A stretch of DNA of 64,000 nt from Octopus sinensis (lineage: Eukaryota). A program made the position numbers and the translations under genes. The DNA lies in contig NC_042998.1 of the NCBI RefSeq assembly GCF_006345805.1, forward strand, positions 128,712,001-128,776,000, written 5' to 3'. This document shows, one piece after another, positions 38,811-53,331 of this stretch. Every line of letters starts with the position of its first letter. Within the stretch, counting starts at the first letter, position 1. The notes under the pieces are model-generated. The model searched no databases. It was not told where the DNA came from and worked only from the letters and a program-made list of their open reading frames with translations.

Positions 38811-39360
38811 GGTCACTTTCGTGTGCTACTGGTAACATGTAGCCCAGTCCAACCTGTTGCATGGTCGGGTCGTCGGCGACTAAACCGGCAACCCCACCAA
38901 GCTTGCTTGGTGAGGAGGGTGTTTATTGGACACCCTGCAGGATGAAAAACAAATCCCGTCAAAGGGCGGAGAACTCTTGAGAGTCAACGGCCATCCAATA
39001 TATGTCTTAAGGCTGTCTCATGCGCGGGGACATAGAAATAATTGGACTGAATACCCGATCGCGCGGTTAAACCATTGGGAGTGTAGGACTCCTAGCCTTT
39101 GTTAGGGCATCCTTCTAGGAGAAGGTAACTCAGGTAACTGGGATAACTCCAACATAAAACCTCCGGCTCAGTGGTTACCGATGATGTTGACTTGTTCTTC
39201 TTTTCGGATTATGGCTGCTGTTGCTTAGTGAGTGGGATTGACTCAGTGTACAGCCTTTCCTCACTTTAAAAAAAAAGCTTCTTGCACAGGCATTGCACGA
39301 TAACAACATTGATTAAGCTTTGTGCAATGGCCATACTCGATAATGAGGGGGCAGCCACCA
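38811..39360 (+). mobile_element. Non-coding RTE-derived element (5' UTR-like part fused to a 3' end)
   Basis: GC-richer block between microsatellites. Contains ctagcctttgttagggcatccttctaggagaaggtaactc, which resembles RTE 5' UTRs, and ends gagggggcagccacca. Confidence 0.55.
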
Positions 39361-39381
39361 TATATATATATAGATAGATAG

Positions 39382-39618
39382 ATATAAATAAAAGTGGCAG
39401 GCAACAGGTTGCTTAGCCACATACCGAGAAAATTAGAAATAGCAGTCAAAGACTGTCTATTTTTATTTTCTACAATGAGACTCCACATATGACATATCCC
39501 TGTATGTCGTATGTGGAGTTTCATTTGTAGAAAATAGAAATAAACAGTCTTTGACTGCTATTTCTAATTTTTTTGGTATGTGGCTAAGCAACTTGTTGCC
39601 TGCCTCTTTTATTTATAT
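39382..39618. repeat. Near-perfect ~235-bp palindrome
   Basis: Arms of about 115 bp around the loop tccctg (ctccacatatgacata / tatgtcgtatgtggag). Confidence 0.92.
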
Positions 39619-39747
39619 ACAATATATATATTGAACTTTTATAGAAGTTCCTACTGTTAATGGTTATATTTACATGCCAAAATCTACCAGTAAATAATTG
39701 TTGGTTTTTTTAAAAACCATTAAAGCTATTATTTACTCTTATTATAT

Positions 39748-39836
<89 letters not shown>

Positions 39837-40217
39837 GATGGCCTTCTTTCAGTTTCTGTCTTCCAAACCCACTCACAAGGCTTCAGTCAACCTGTGGCTG
39901 TAGTAGACACTTGCCCAAGACATCATGCAGTGGGACTGAATTCAGAACCATCTGGTTAGGAAGCAAGCTTCTTACCACACAGCCATGCCTGTGCCTAAAT
40001 ACATTCTTGCGTGTTTATTTATGATGAACAAAACTTTCAAATACGGAAGAAACTACTGAATACTTCAAGAAATAGATTATGTTATTCTATTTTTTTTTGG
40101 TGACTACAGAAATAATCCTGATTTGATTCTTGCTGTCATGCACAAAACCATGATTATAAGGATCAAAACATAATTGACTCTGTAAAGTAATCACCTGTAA
40201 AAAAAATCATCTCTCTC

Positions 40218-40247
<30 letters not shown>

Positions 40248-40248
<1 letters not shown>

Positions 40249-41088
40249 CATCATCATCATTATCATCATTATCATTTAACGTCCGCTTTCCATGCTAGCA
40301 TGGGTTGGACGGTTCGACCGGGGTCTGGTAAGCCATGGAGGCTGCACCAGGCTCCAGTTTAGTTTGGCAGTGTTTCTACAGCTGGATGCCCTTCCTAACG
40401 CCAACCACTCCATGAGTGTAGTGGGTGTGTTTTATGTACCACCAGCACAAGGGCCAGAGGATGCTGGCAAACGGCCATGATTGGTTGGTGCTTTTACGTG
40501 TCACCAACACGGACGCCAGTCAGGCGGCGCTGGCATCTGCCACGTTCGGACGGTGCTTTTTACGTGTCACCGGCACAGGTGTCTTAACTACAATTTCCAT
40601 TTGATTTTTATTTTGATGTTGATGTACTTGACTCAATAGGTCTCTTCGAGAACAGCAGATCACTCTATGATCCAAGGTTAGCACAGCAGGCCGTCCTGCG
40701 AGCCATGAACTCATTTGTTGGGTCTTCACAGTCACAGCATATCTCAGGGGTCTCGGTCTTCATCATTTCCTCTGTGAGGCCCTACGTGCCACCGGCACAG
40801 GTATCACAACTACAATATCCATACAATTTTTATTTTGATGTTGATGAACTTGACACAATAGGTCTCCTCAAGCGCAGCAGGCCGTCCTGCAAGCCATGAA
40901 CTCACTTCCTTTGTCAGGTCTTTGAAATCACAGCATATCTCCAGAGGTCTTGGTCTTTCGTCATAGCCTCTGTGAGGCTCAATGTACGAAGGTCATGCTT
41001 GACCACCTCGTCCCATGTCTTCTTGGGTCTACCTCTACCCCGGATTCCTTCAACAGTTTGAGAGTGGCAAGGAATCCGGGGTATATGA

Positions 41089-41126
<38 letters not shown>

Positions 41127-42020
41127 TCATCATCATCATCATCGATTAATGTCTGTTTTCCATGCTGGCATGGGTTGGATGGTTTGACTGAGGTCTAGAA
41201 AGCCAGCGGCAATGCCAGGATCCAGTCTGGTCTGGCGGAGTTTCTACAGCTGGATGCCCTTCCTAACACCAACCACTCTGAGAGTGTAGTGGATGCTTTT
41301 TATGTGCCACTGGCACAGGAGCCAGTAAGGTGGGCCTGGCAATGATCACATTTGGATGGTGCTTTTTATGTGCCACTGGGGGTACTGGCATTGGTCATGA
41401 TTGGTTGGTGCTTTTTACGTGCCACCGGCACCGGAGCCAGTAAGGCACACCTAGCAACAGACATGTTCAGATGGTGCTTTTTAAGTGCCACCAGCACAGG
41501 AGCCAGTCAGTGGGGTACTGATATCAGTCCCGATCGGTTGTTGCTTTTTATGTACCACCAGCACAGTAGCCAGTCAAGTGGACCTGGCTTCGACCACATT
41601 TGGATGGTGCATTTGATGTGCCATCAGCATAGGAGCCAACCAGAGGGTACTGGCCCCATCTACGATATTGGTGTTATTTGACTCAACAGGTCTTCTCAAG
41701 CATATCATATTGCCCAACGCAGCAGGAGTATTTTTAACAGGGTAGGATGTGATTGGCTGCCATCTCACTTTACTTCCTGGGTCTTCTCAATCACAGCTAT
41801 CTCCAAAGGTCCTGGTCTCCTGTCATTGCCTCTGTGAGGCCTAATGTTCGAAGGTCATGCTTCACCACCTCATCCCATGTCTTCCTGGGTCTACCTCTTC
41901 CACAGGTCCCTTCTACAGTTAGGGAGTGGCACTTCCTCACACAGCTGTCTTCATTCATACATAACACATGGCCATACCAGCACAATCCTCTCTTGCACAC
42001 CATATTTGATGCTTCTTATG
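40248..42020 (-). mobile_element. Two adjacent RTE LINE 3' fragments with minisatellite tails
   Basis: (CAT)n-ttaacgtcc tails at about 40250 and 41125. Minus ORF WYGHVLCMNEDSCVRKC..GRGRPRKTWDEVVKHDL. Confidence 0.85.
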
Positions 42021-42201
42021 CCCAACTTATATACATATATATTAATCATGGTCTCAGATTTTGCCACAAGGGTAGCAATATTGGGGGACAGTATGAGTTG
42101 ATTACATTGACCCCACTGTTCAGCTGGTACTTATTTCATCGACACCAAAAGGATGAAAGGCAAAGTCAACCTCGCCCCTGTTGCAAATAAATGAAATCAT
42201 A

Positions 42202-42255
<54 letters not shown>

Positions 42256-42263
42256 CATACATA

Positions 42264-43508
42264 CAGGGGTTGGACAAAATAATGGAAACACCTTAAAATT
42301 TCAAACAAATTTATTGTAATATGAGGCAGGGCTTCTTTGGCAGTAATTACAGCTTAAATTCTACAAGATATGGACTTGTACAAAGTTCGACTTGCTTCCA
42401 AAGGAATTTTTGTCCATTCTTCAGCTAAAACAGTCTCCAGTTCTTGTAGTGATGATGGTGGAGGATATCGACTCCTTACTTGTTTTCCTGAAGTGCACCA
42501 TAAATGTTCAATAATATTGAGATCTGGGGACTGTGATGGCCAGATAAGATGTTCAATTTCACAAGAATGTTCCTTGTGCCATTCAGTAACAACTTTAGCT
42601 GTGTGAGTTGGTGCATTATCATCCTGAAAGATTGTGTTTCCCTCTGGAAACAGTTCTGCAACCATAGGATGAATTTGATCAGATAAAATGTTTAAATAGT
42701 CTTGACTATTAATACTGCTGGTAAATTTCCAAGATATAGCCCCTCAGATCATCACAGATCCTCCTCCATGTTTAACAGTTGGAAGATGGCAATCTGGGTC
42801 AAATGCTTCTTTTGGCTGTCTCAACATACACACTCAGCCGGTGGCCGGAAATAAGGTAAAGGATGACATGTCTGAGAAAATAACATTCTTCCACTGCTCT
42901 TGGGACCAATTCTGAAGGTTTTCACTCGACTCTAAATGCTTTGCAACTTTGTTTTTGAAAGTAGTGGTTTTCTAATTGCAACCCACCTGTGAAATCTGGC
43001 TTTGTGCAAGCTCCTGGCAAACAATTTTTGTGAAAACTGGATTCTCGAGAATGTCATTAAACTCTGCAGTAATTTTGGGAGCTGTACTTTTGTGATCCTT
43101 TCTAACAATTCGTGTGAGAGTCCATCGGTCCCTATCTGAAAGTTTTGGTTTTATTCCCGAGTTTTGTTTTGACAAGGAGGTTTTTCCCTCTTTCTCAAAG
43201 GCTGTCATTACTTTTGAGACTGTACTTCTTTATACACCAAACATTTTGGCTGTTTTCATTACACTAGCGCCTTATATATGAGCACCAACAATTTGACCTC
43301 TTTGAAATTCTGATAGATCTGTCATTTTAATGAATTTTTATTAGCTTTTTCTGATTATATCTGAAAAGGAACAGCAATTTTAACAAAACATATTAAGCAA
43401 CACTAACAATAAATCAAAAAACATTAAAATAAACAGGCTTTTGACGGTTTTATAGATGTTTCAAATTATAGTGCTCTGATGCTAGGTGTTTCCATTATTT
43501 TGTGCAAC

Positions 43509-43513
<5 letters not shown>
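42264..43513 (-). mobile_element. Full-length degenerate Tc1 (DD34E) transposon
   Basis: Terminal inverted repeats caggggttggacaaaataatggaaacacct / aggtgtttccattattttgtgcaacctctg. ATG at 43325 gives MTDLSEFQRGQIVGA. Also VIFSD, TVKHGGGSVMI, FQDDNAPTH and WPSQSPDLNIIEHLW, with stops and frameshifts. Confidence 0.95.
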
Positions 43514-43544
<31 letters not shown>

Positions 43545-43551
<7 letters not shown>

Positions 43552-43782
43552 TAATCCAAACAAGAACACAAAAACAAAAAAACAACAACGCAAGGACGTG
43601 GAACAATTAAAGTATTATTGGATGCCCAGGAAAGAAGGGAAGAAGGAGGGTTTGACGTTTCGAGCGGAGCTCTTCGTCGGAATCATAGGAGAAGGAAAGA
43701 TCCCGAGAAGGAAAGATCCCGAGAAGGGAAGACAGGGGAAAAAAAATCGCTAGTGATACAGACGAGGTCACATACTAAAAGA

Positions 43783-43785
<3 letters not shown>
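43545..43785 (-). mobile_element. PLE-type terminal repeat with minimal hammerhead variant
   Basis: Minus strand tt-CCGACGA-a-gagc[tcc]gctc-GAAA-cg-TC-aa at 43651-43683. Related copies at 34520-34645 and 55330-55500. Confidence 0.6.
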
Positions 43786-44516
<731 letters not shown>

Positions 44517-45627
44517 TAAAAGGCAGACTGTATGACGCATGTGTACAAACAGCCATGCTACATGGCAGTGAAACATGGGCTGTGACTGCTGAGGATATGC
44601 ATAAGCTTGCAAGGAATGAAGCCAGTATGCTCTGATGGATGTGTAATGTCAGTGTACATACTTGACAGAGTGTAAGTACCTTGAGAGAAAAGTTGAACCT
44701 AAGAAGCATCAGTTGTGGTGTGCAAGAGAGATGATTGCGCTGGTATGGTCATGTGGTGAGAATGGATGAAGATAGCTGTGTGAAAAAGTGCCACACCCTA
44801 GCGGTTGAAGGAACCTGCGGAAGAGGTAGACCCAGGAAAACCTATGATGAGGTGGTGAAACACGAACTTTGAACATTAGGCCTCACCAAGGCAATGACTA
44901 GTGACCGAGACCTTTGGAAATAGGCTGTGCGTGAGAAGACCCGGCAGGACAAGTGAGACCATAACCTGTAGCCTTTACCAGGAATGTAGCCAGCCCACTT
45001 ATGCATACCTTTCCTTCTTTGGACACAAAACTCTGCTTGCGAAGACCTGTTGAGGCAAGTGAAATTGAATTCGAAATCGAACCAAATTCGATGACTGGCA
45101 CCAATGCCAACCTCCTTTCATTGGGCACTAAACTCTGCTTGCAAAGACCTGTTGGGGCAAGTGAAATCGAAATTGAACCAAATTCGATGACTAGCTCCCG
45201 TGCCAGTGGCGCACTAACAGCTCCATCCAAGCGGGATCACTGCCAGAGCAGCTGTCTGGCTTCTGTGCCAGTGGCACATAAAAAGCACCATTTGAGCGTG
45301 ATCATTACCAGCATCACCTTACTAGCACTTGTGCCAGTGGCACATGAACAAAACATTCAAGCGAGGTCGTTGCCAGTGCAGGTGGCATGTAAAAAACACC
45401 ATTTTGAGCATGGCTGTTGCCAGCACCGCCAGACTGACCCTCATGCCAGTGTCATGTAAAAGCACCCACTACACTCTCGGAGTGGTTGGCATTAGGAAGA
45501 GCATCCAGCTATAGAAACTCTGCCAGATCAGATAGGAGCCTGGTGCAGCCATCTGGTTCGCCAGTCCTCAGTCAAATCGTCCAACCCATGCTAGCATGGA
45601 AAGTGGACGTTAAATGATGATGATGAT
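44517..45627 (+). mobile_element. RTE LINE 3' fragment with complete 3' UTR
   Basis: [33 protein letters not shown]. The tail ends ccaacccatgctagcatggaaagtggacgttaaa(tga)n. Confidence 0.9.
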
Positions 45628-45920
45628 ATACGTATATGAATACAGTCTGCTCCAAAACAAATCTTGACTACTTCCAGTGCAAATATAACCTTAGCTCCTC
45701 AAGTGAGACTTGTTATGGCTTTTGAGTCTGGAGACTCTTAAACCTTTCCAAAAATATTGGAAAGAGGCGCGGCTGTGTACTGAGAAGCTTGCTTCCCAAC
45801 CATATGGTCTGGGGCTCAGTCCCACTGCAGGGTACCTTGGGCAAGTGTCTTTTATTATAGTCACAGGCCAACTAAAGCCTTGTGAGTGGATTTGGTAGAA
45901 GAATACTGAAAGAAGTCTGT

Positions 45921-45980
<60 letters not shown>

Positions 45981-48198
45981 TCAGTCCTGCTGCATAGCAC
46001 CTTGCTTCAGGCCAGCTTGTAAGTGGATTTAGAAGACAGAAACTGAAAGAAGCCTGTCATATGTATATATTTATGTGTGAGTGTTTGTGTCTCTTTGTCT
46101 CCACCACCATTGCTTGACAACTGATGTTGGTGTGTTTACATCCCTGTAACTTAGTTGTTCAGCAGCAGAGACTGGTAGAATAAGCACCAGGCTTACAAAG
46201 AATAAGTTCAAGGGTCAATTTCTTCGACTAAAAGGTGATGCTCCAGCATGGCCACCGTCAAATTACTGAAACAAGTAAAAGAATATAAAAAAATAGAAGA
46301 ATGTGTGTGTGTGTGTCTGGTTTTTTTCCCACCCATCCATTACTTGACAACTGGTGCTTGTGTGTTTACATCCCCATCACGTAGCAGTTTAGCAATAGCG
46401 ACTGACAGAATAAGTACCATGTTTTAAACAATGAAATACTGGGGCCAACACATTCTACTAAAATAAAAAAGAAATTCTTGAAGCCGGTGCCCTAGCATGG
46501 GCACAGCCTAATGACTGAAACAAATAAAAGAGATATGTAGAGATGTGTGTGAATGCGTATGTGTGTGTGTGTGTGTGTGTATGTGTGTGTGTGTGTGTGT
46601 ATGTGTGTGAATGTGCGTGTATCTTTTCAAGTGTTAGGAAGCAACTACAATATCCTTTTCAAACAGGCAACTTTAAAAATGAGCACGTATGCTATTATAT
46701 CCAGTTATTTAACAACCTACGCATAATCATATAATCGTTGATGAGTCAAAATTCCTTTCTTGGCCACTTCACTTCTCTTAGTATACGTGTGTATGTGTGG
46801 GTGTATGGCTGTCTGTGAGACACTGTATGTATGTTATATGTATGCTATGTGTGTTTCATTTACCTTTGTCACTTTTCATTTTCTATTGTCACTCCTTTCA
46901 ATACTCAAGCAATTTCTTCATAGCCTCAGTGATTTTCATTGCAAATGTTAACTAGGACACATTTTTCTTTCTTTGTATTATATTTTTATCTCATTTTGGT
47001 GAATTCCCCTACAAATCGACATCACCTCTTTTTAGTCTGACTTAATATTGTTCTGTCACTGTTGAATTGAACTCAGAAAGTTTATTTCAATAATAACAGC
47101 ATCAAAGAAGCTGAAATTTTATTTATTCATTTTATTTTAGGAAATAAACCTATATAATGGAGCCTGAATCTGCAGCATGGTCAAGACATGTCTTGAGTGA
47201 AAAATCTTTTGCGGTTTGTACACATGGTTAACAAGTCTGAACATAATTCATATCAGCTTGACATTTTTATGAAAAAAATATTGTTTTCATCTAGAGGTGC
47301 AGGCGTGGCTGTGTTATAAAAAGTTTGCTTTTCAACTACATGGTCCCAGGTTCAGTCCCACAGTGTGGTGATGCTTTGGGCAAGTGTCTTCTGCTATAGC
47401 CTTGGGTTGACCAAAGCCTTGTGACTTGGTTTGATAGATGGAAACTGGAAACTGAAAGAAGCCCAATGTATCTATGTATGTAGATATGTATGTAAATATA
47501 TATATATATATGCATGTGTATGTGTGTGTCTTTGTGTCTGTGTTTGTCTCCCACCACTGCCTTGACAACTGGTACTGGTGTGTTTACATCCCTGTAACTT
47601 AGCAGTTCAGCACAAAAGACTGATAGAATAATACTAGCCTTAAAAAAAGTACTGGGTGGGTGGGTCGATTTTTTTCAGATGGAATTCTTCAAGGCATTGC
47701 TCCAGCATGGTCACATTCTAATGACTGGAACAAGCAAAAGGTAAAAAATTAAAATATACCCACTTTCTGTTCATGTGCAGTGACATGGTTCACTGCACAT
47801 AGAGCATATTTGAAATTGAGAGCAATTACTGTGCTTTAATGGGAAAGTATGTAGGTTTGAAACACAGTTTTGGCTTTGTACTTTTTCGTTATTTTCATTA
47901 TTTAGTTAGTATGGCTTTGTGGTCAAGAAGGTCACTTTGCAACCATGCAGTTTGTAACTTAGTCTTGCTGCACACCACCCTGACACACTGAGCAAGTGTC
48001 TTCTATTATTTGCCTAGGCTGGCCAATGTCTTGTGAGTGAATTTGGTTGATGGAAACTGTGTGGAAGCCCTTCATATATATATATATATATATATATATG
48101 GATGCTGGCTTAGCTGGGTGCTTATCTCCCCCTTGTAAACATAAAGACACAGGAAATGTGTCAAGGCTGACAGGAAGCGGTGCTGCTTCCTAGGGCTA

Positions 48199-48199
<1 letters not shown>

Positions 48200-48237
<38 letters not shown>

Positions 48238-50293
48238 TGTGTACAGTGCTCAGGTGCACTACAACTCATCTAAAGTGTATATATAATCAGGTGTAGTTTC
48301 GGCGGATTTCGGAAAGCATGAGGGCCTTAAAAGATGCAGTGTCATGGCAGTCAACAACTGACGCAGGCAGTTTATTCCATGCTTCAGCAACTCTGAGCGT
48401 GAAAAAATGTTTCCGAAAGTCATGGGAGCTGTATTGTTTTCTGACTTTGTAGGCATGTCCACGTGTGTTAGACACATGGAGATCAAAAAGGTGTTCAGTG
48501 TGTTGTTGGTGAGGTGGTTGATAACTTTGTGGGTGTTTACCAAGTCCGTCGCCAAACGCCGGAGCTTCAGTGAATCCATGCCCAGGGAAACAAGGCGCTC
48601 AGAATATGGTAGGTGTCTGATGGAGGGTATGCGTTTGGTTGCACGTCTCTGGACAGATTCCAGGAGGTCAATGTTCTGTGCAAGATAGGGGTTCCAAACT
48701 GATGATGCGAATTCCAAGTGTGGTCGTACCATAGCTGTATACAGTTTTAAATAGATGGCTGGAGAGCGGCTAACAAAAGACCTGCTGAGTGATGCCAAGA
48801 CACCCTCGGCCTTCCTGACAATCTTAGAGATATGCTTTGACCAACGCAAATCACTGCTGACAGTGATGCCTAGGTCACGCTCGCAAGAGGATTTCTTGAT
48901 ATCAGTGTTGTGGAGGGAGTAAGTGAACGCAGGGTTTTTTCTCCCAAAATGCATGGTGGTACACTTGTCCACAGCCAGTTTCAGTTGCCAGTCTGTGATC
49001 CATTGCTGCATTGTGTCTAGGTCTGATTGCAGGAAAGAGTTGTAGACATCAGGATCTGTCCTCTTGATTTCAAGGTACAGCTTGATGTCGTCTGCATATT
49101 TCAATACTGTGGCATTCTTTAAATTGGCATCTATGTCGTTAATGTATGCCACAAACAAGAGGGGACCAAGGACAGATCCCTGTGGTACACCCGATGACAT
49201 CTCATATGGTGTAGAGTGCTGTCCTAGAACTGTGACTACCTCCTTTCGGCTGAGGATGAAGGATTTCAACCAGTTAAAAAGGTCATACCCCACACCCATT
49301 GCAGAGAGTTTCACCATAAGCCTTTTGTGTGGCACAGAGTTGAAAGCCTTAGCAAAGTCAAGGTAGACAACATCCACCCATGAGCCACTGTCAGTAATCT
49401 GAGTAATGTCCTCAAGGAACTCGACAAGCTGGTCACTGCAGCTGGAGTTAGGGACAAATCCATATTGTGAGGGTCGGATGAGACTGTGAGAGCTCCAGAA
49501 GTTCCAGAGTGTTTCTCTGACACACGATTCCATCAGTTTTGCAATACAGCTAGTGAGACTGACTGGGCGATAGTTGACAGGTGATGTGCGGTCGCCCTTT
49601 TTGAACAGAGGAATGACACTGGCAGTTTTCCACTGCTCCGGAGTAGCACCATTGTTGAGACAGTACTGGAAGAAAATAGAAAGCTGGTGTAAAAGGAAGT
49701 GCCTGCCACGTTTGAGAAGCAGGTATGTAACTCCATCGAGACCAGGGGAGGCATAGTTACGCTTATTTTGAAGGTGACGTCGCAGCAATGCAGGTGTAAA
49801 TTCCATAGTTGTTATGGAGTTTGCTGTTAGTGATGGTGAAGATGGTACATTTTGACTTTCAACAGTGAATATGTTTGCATAGTACTCGGCAATGAGTTCT
49901 GCGCATTCCTTGGGGTCGTCAGTGATCTGGTTTGTGTGAGGGTTGCGAAGAGGGCCCACTGGAGAGTGAGGTCTCTGCTTTGAGTGCACATATTTCCAGA
50001 AAACCTTGCTGTCAGGATTGGCTGCTATGCACTGTTCAAATTCAAGCACTGCTTTTTTTGTCACTTGCTTGAGATGGTTGGAGGATTTATTCCGCTTCTT
50101 CCTGTTGGTGTCTGATTTATGCAACCTGTATTCCCGTTCAGCAGTCCGACGTTCCCTCCTGGCAAGTTGGACCGCTGAAGTTTCCCAAATTGCCCTTTTG
50201 GGGCGGTTCTTCTTTTTTTGTTTACGTGGCACAGATGCTGCACATGCTGCCCATATTGAGTCCAGGATACTCTGGAGTATAGTATTCACATAA
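48200..50293 (-). mobile_element. 5'-truncated CR1-type LINE with (ATT)n tail
   Basis: Long RT ORF. C-terminal SNTRGHAYKV..RKHFFTLRVAEAWNKLP is in a shifted frame. (taa)n on the plus strand at 48200-48238. Confidence 0.93.
48287..50289 (-). pseudogene. LINE ORF2 reverse transcriptase, N-terminally truncated, one frameshift near 48495
   Basis: SPGLDG, PLFKKGDR..NYRPVSLTS, QYGF, YLDFAKAFNSVPH, SGVPQGSVLGPLLF, YADDIKL, ERDLG, VRPHLEFASSVWNP. Confidence 0.93.
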
Positions 50294-50408
50294 TAGCAGT
50301 AGTATTATTCCCTACATGGGACTGTCACATTAAGTTGACAGCATACAACTACTTTATCATATCACTACTGCATAAATCTCTCTGAGAGATTTAGAAATGT
50401 ATTATATC

Positions 50409-50449
<41 letters not shown>

Positions 50450-50538
50450 GAAATGAGGTAATCAGAAGATCGGATGGTTTATATTTACAGTTATTTATTT
50501 ATATATTACATTTTTTATATATACATATCACTTAGATC

Positions 50539-50576
50539 ATTAGCGCTTTCTCCCATTCTAGTGAGATTTTCAAATC
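50539..50576 (-). ncRNA. Degenerate minimal hammerhead relic
   Basis: Minus strand gat-TTGAAAA (two core changes)-tctca[ctagaa]tggga-GAAA-gcgc-TA-at. Confidence 0.45.
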
Positions 50577-50994
50577 AAACTAAGTTCCTTTGTGAGGAAT
50601 TTTAATAATTTTATAGAGTCTCATAGTGGTGGGGAGGAATATAAGAGTACAAGAGGATGAGATGGATACCTGTTATATACATTATATTATTTTTATAATT
50701 TACTTCATCTTTACTTTTTAATTGCCACTTTAATTTTAACTTTCCTATGATATACAATTTTCAAGATGGTGTAATTTGGTTGTTCGTTTTGAATCGATAA
50801 AAGGTGTTTTTTCTAATATTTCATGTATAAGCGTGTATATATATATATAGTGGTATAAATATCAACACAATTTTTTCCCCTTCCTCCCTTATTTTTCTTT
50901 TTCTTTTTTTGTCTCTCTTCCCTTCTCCAAACACACAGACACATGCACACGCACACACACACGCACACGCACACACACACACACACACACATAA

Positions 50995-51031
<37 letters not shown>

Positions 51032-51212
51032 AACACATATAAATACGATGGGCTTCTTTCAGTTACTGTCTACCAAATCCACTCACAAGGCTTTGGTCGC
51101 CCCGAGGCTATAGCAGAAGACACTTGCCCAAAGTGCCACGCAGTGGGGCTGAACCTGGAACCATGTGGTTAGTAAGCAAGCTACTTGCTTACCACACAGC
51201 CACTCCTACGCC

Positions 51213-51537
51213 TATCTAAGGTTTTTCCTTAAGAAAATTCAAGCCGGTTGCTTACAAAGTCCAAGAATTTTGGGGTTAAGAGAATTCCTGGTGTTTGTAG
51301 ATATGTTGTGTTGGTGTGTTGGTTGAGCTGTCGATGCACACAACTCAAGTGTGTGCATTTATTCACCTAAACACTCTCAGATGGAGAATCTTTCGAATGC
51401 CATACAAATCTTCACTTTGCCACGAATAGATTGGATTTGGAGAATCTACATCAGCTTCTTTTGCTCTTTCTCAGTGAAACTGTGTATTTCAAGGCTTCTT
51501 TTTTGCAAATTTGTTGGTACATAACCTAATGCACCTT
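51213..51537 (-). mobile_element. R4/Dong-like retrotransposon extreme 3' end
   Basis: Minus strand [10 protein letters not shown]...LQIQSIRGKVKICMAF, followed by a UTR. Abuts (TATG)n. Confidence 0.6.
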
Positions 51538-53331
51538 GTATGTATGTATGTATGTATGTATGTATGTATGTATGTATGTATGTATGTATGTATGTATGTA
51601 TGTATGTATGTATGTGTCTCTTTGTGTTGGTGCTTACCCACCACCAGTGTTTGACAACTTGTTTATATCCCCATGATTTAGTAGTTCAGTAAAAATCCTG
51701 GAGGTGATTTGTTTAACTAAATACCCAAAAAGGCAGTGTCCCAGCTGGGTCACCCCTATCAGTCTTATCCTAACAGCTTATACCCTAGTACAAGCATTGC
51801 AATAAATGTAGCATTCAGCTGAAGCCTATCAAAAGCACTAACCTCTTTTCCTCTAATTATCTATCCTTAACCTCTTAACACACATATTTTTTTCAATTTC
51901 CATGCAAAAAATATCAAACTTTTTTATTATTTATTTTGAATCTGTATATAAAGAAGAATAAGTACACAAATTATTTTGGATTAGTTATGATTTATTATAA
52001 AGTTACTGATAGAAATGATCATTACTGATAGTTAATGATAGAAAATGGGAATAACATCATGAATGAAGTAGAAATAAGTTAGAAAAAAGTGACAGATATA
52101 TGTAAAATGAACGTATATTTTCATTCAAATCTATATTTACTAGACATCTTTGAATGAAAATATATATGGGAGAATATGCTAAGAGATTAATTTGTCACAT
52201 CCTAAAAACCACAGATGAAATACTTTTTTTTCTTTCTTTTCCCATATTTCCATCTCAGAAATATACCTGTCTGGAAATCATTCCTTGTCCACACTTTCTT
52301 TCCAAATATCAACATGGAAAAGTCCCTGTTTAACAGCAAATCATATTGATTTTGTCAGTCAGGGATACAGAGATTGGGTAGGTAGGAGAGCATCACCACC
52401 ACCACCACCACCAACCACCACCACCACCAACCACCACCACCACTACCACTAGTCTCATACCGCTCACATACTTGTAGTAATGGTACCATTATTAACACTA
52501 TTAATATCATTAACATTAGCACCATGCTATAAGCATTCACACACACACACACTACCATCTCCCCCACTACTGCTATCTGAACCTCTAATATTATACCATA
52601 CACATAACATCACCACCTTTACCATCACTACAACTGGTATCATAACTCATACAAATTCGGCTTACTGCCACCACCAGCACCACCACCACCGCCACTCTCA
52701 ACTCCAAGTGTGTTACTAAGCATTGATAAATGTTGGTTTTAAGTTTTGATGCAAGGCCAGCAATTTTGGGAGAAAGGGATAATTTGATTACATTGACCCC
52801 CAATACGTAACTGGAATCTTTTTCATTGACCCTGAAGGGATGAAGGGCTAAGTCCACCTTGGTGGAAATTGAACTCAGAATGTAAAGACAGGTGAAATGC
52901 CACCAAGTATTTTGTCTGGTATGCTAATGGTTCTGCTTGATCGCTGCCTTAGACATTTATAAATATTAACACCGATAACACAACCATAAATGCTACCACT
53001 AACACTGTCACAATCATAACCACTAGGAGGCTGTACCCCACATAGAAGCACCACACTGCTAGAAATAACAGTCAAAGCCCTCACATAATCTTACCTTTAA
53101 AAATGAAAAACACATTGGATAATGAAGACCTAGATACCTGAAAATTAAATGGAATGGTCATGGCCTGTAAACCTTTGATCATGGATCTGGGGCTAAATAA
53201 CAATAATAACAACATACAACCATTATAACACCATTGCCACTGTTACTCCCACCACTGTCACCACCATGTGACACAGACACATACTAGAACCAGTACCACC
53301 ACTATGGGTGTGATAGCAAACATAGAAACAT

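Noticed and set aside
48259-50289. 676-aa ORF as an intact active gene
   Set aside because: It lacks the endonuclease domain (5' truncation) and the true C-terminus is in another frame, so it is a dead-on-arrival LINE copy, although the frameshift could be a sequencing error.
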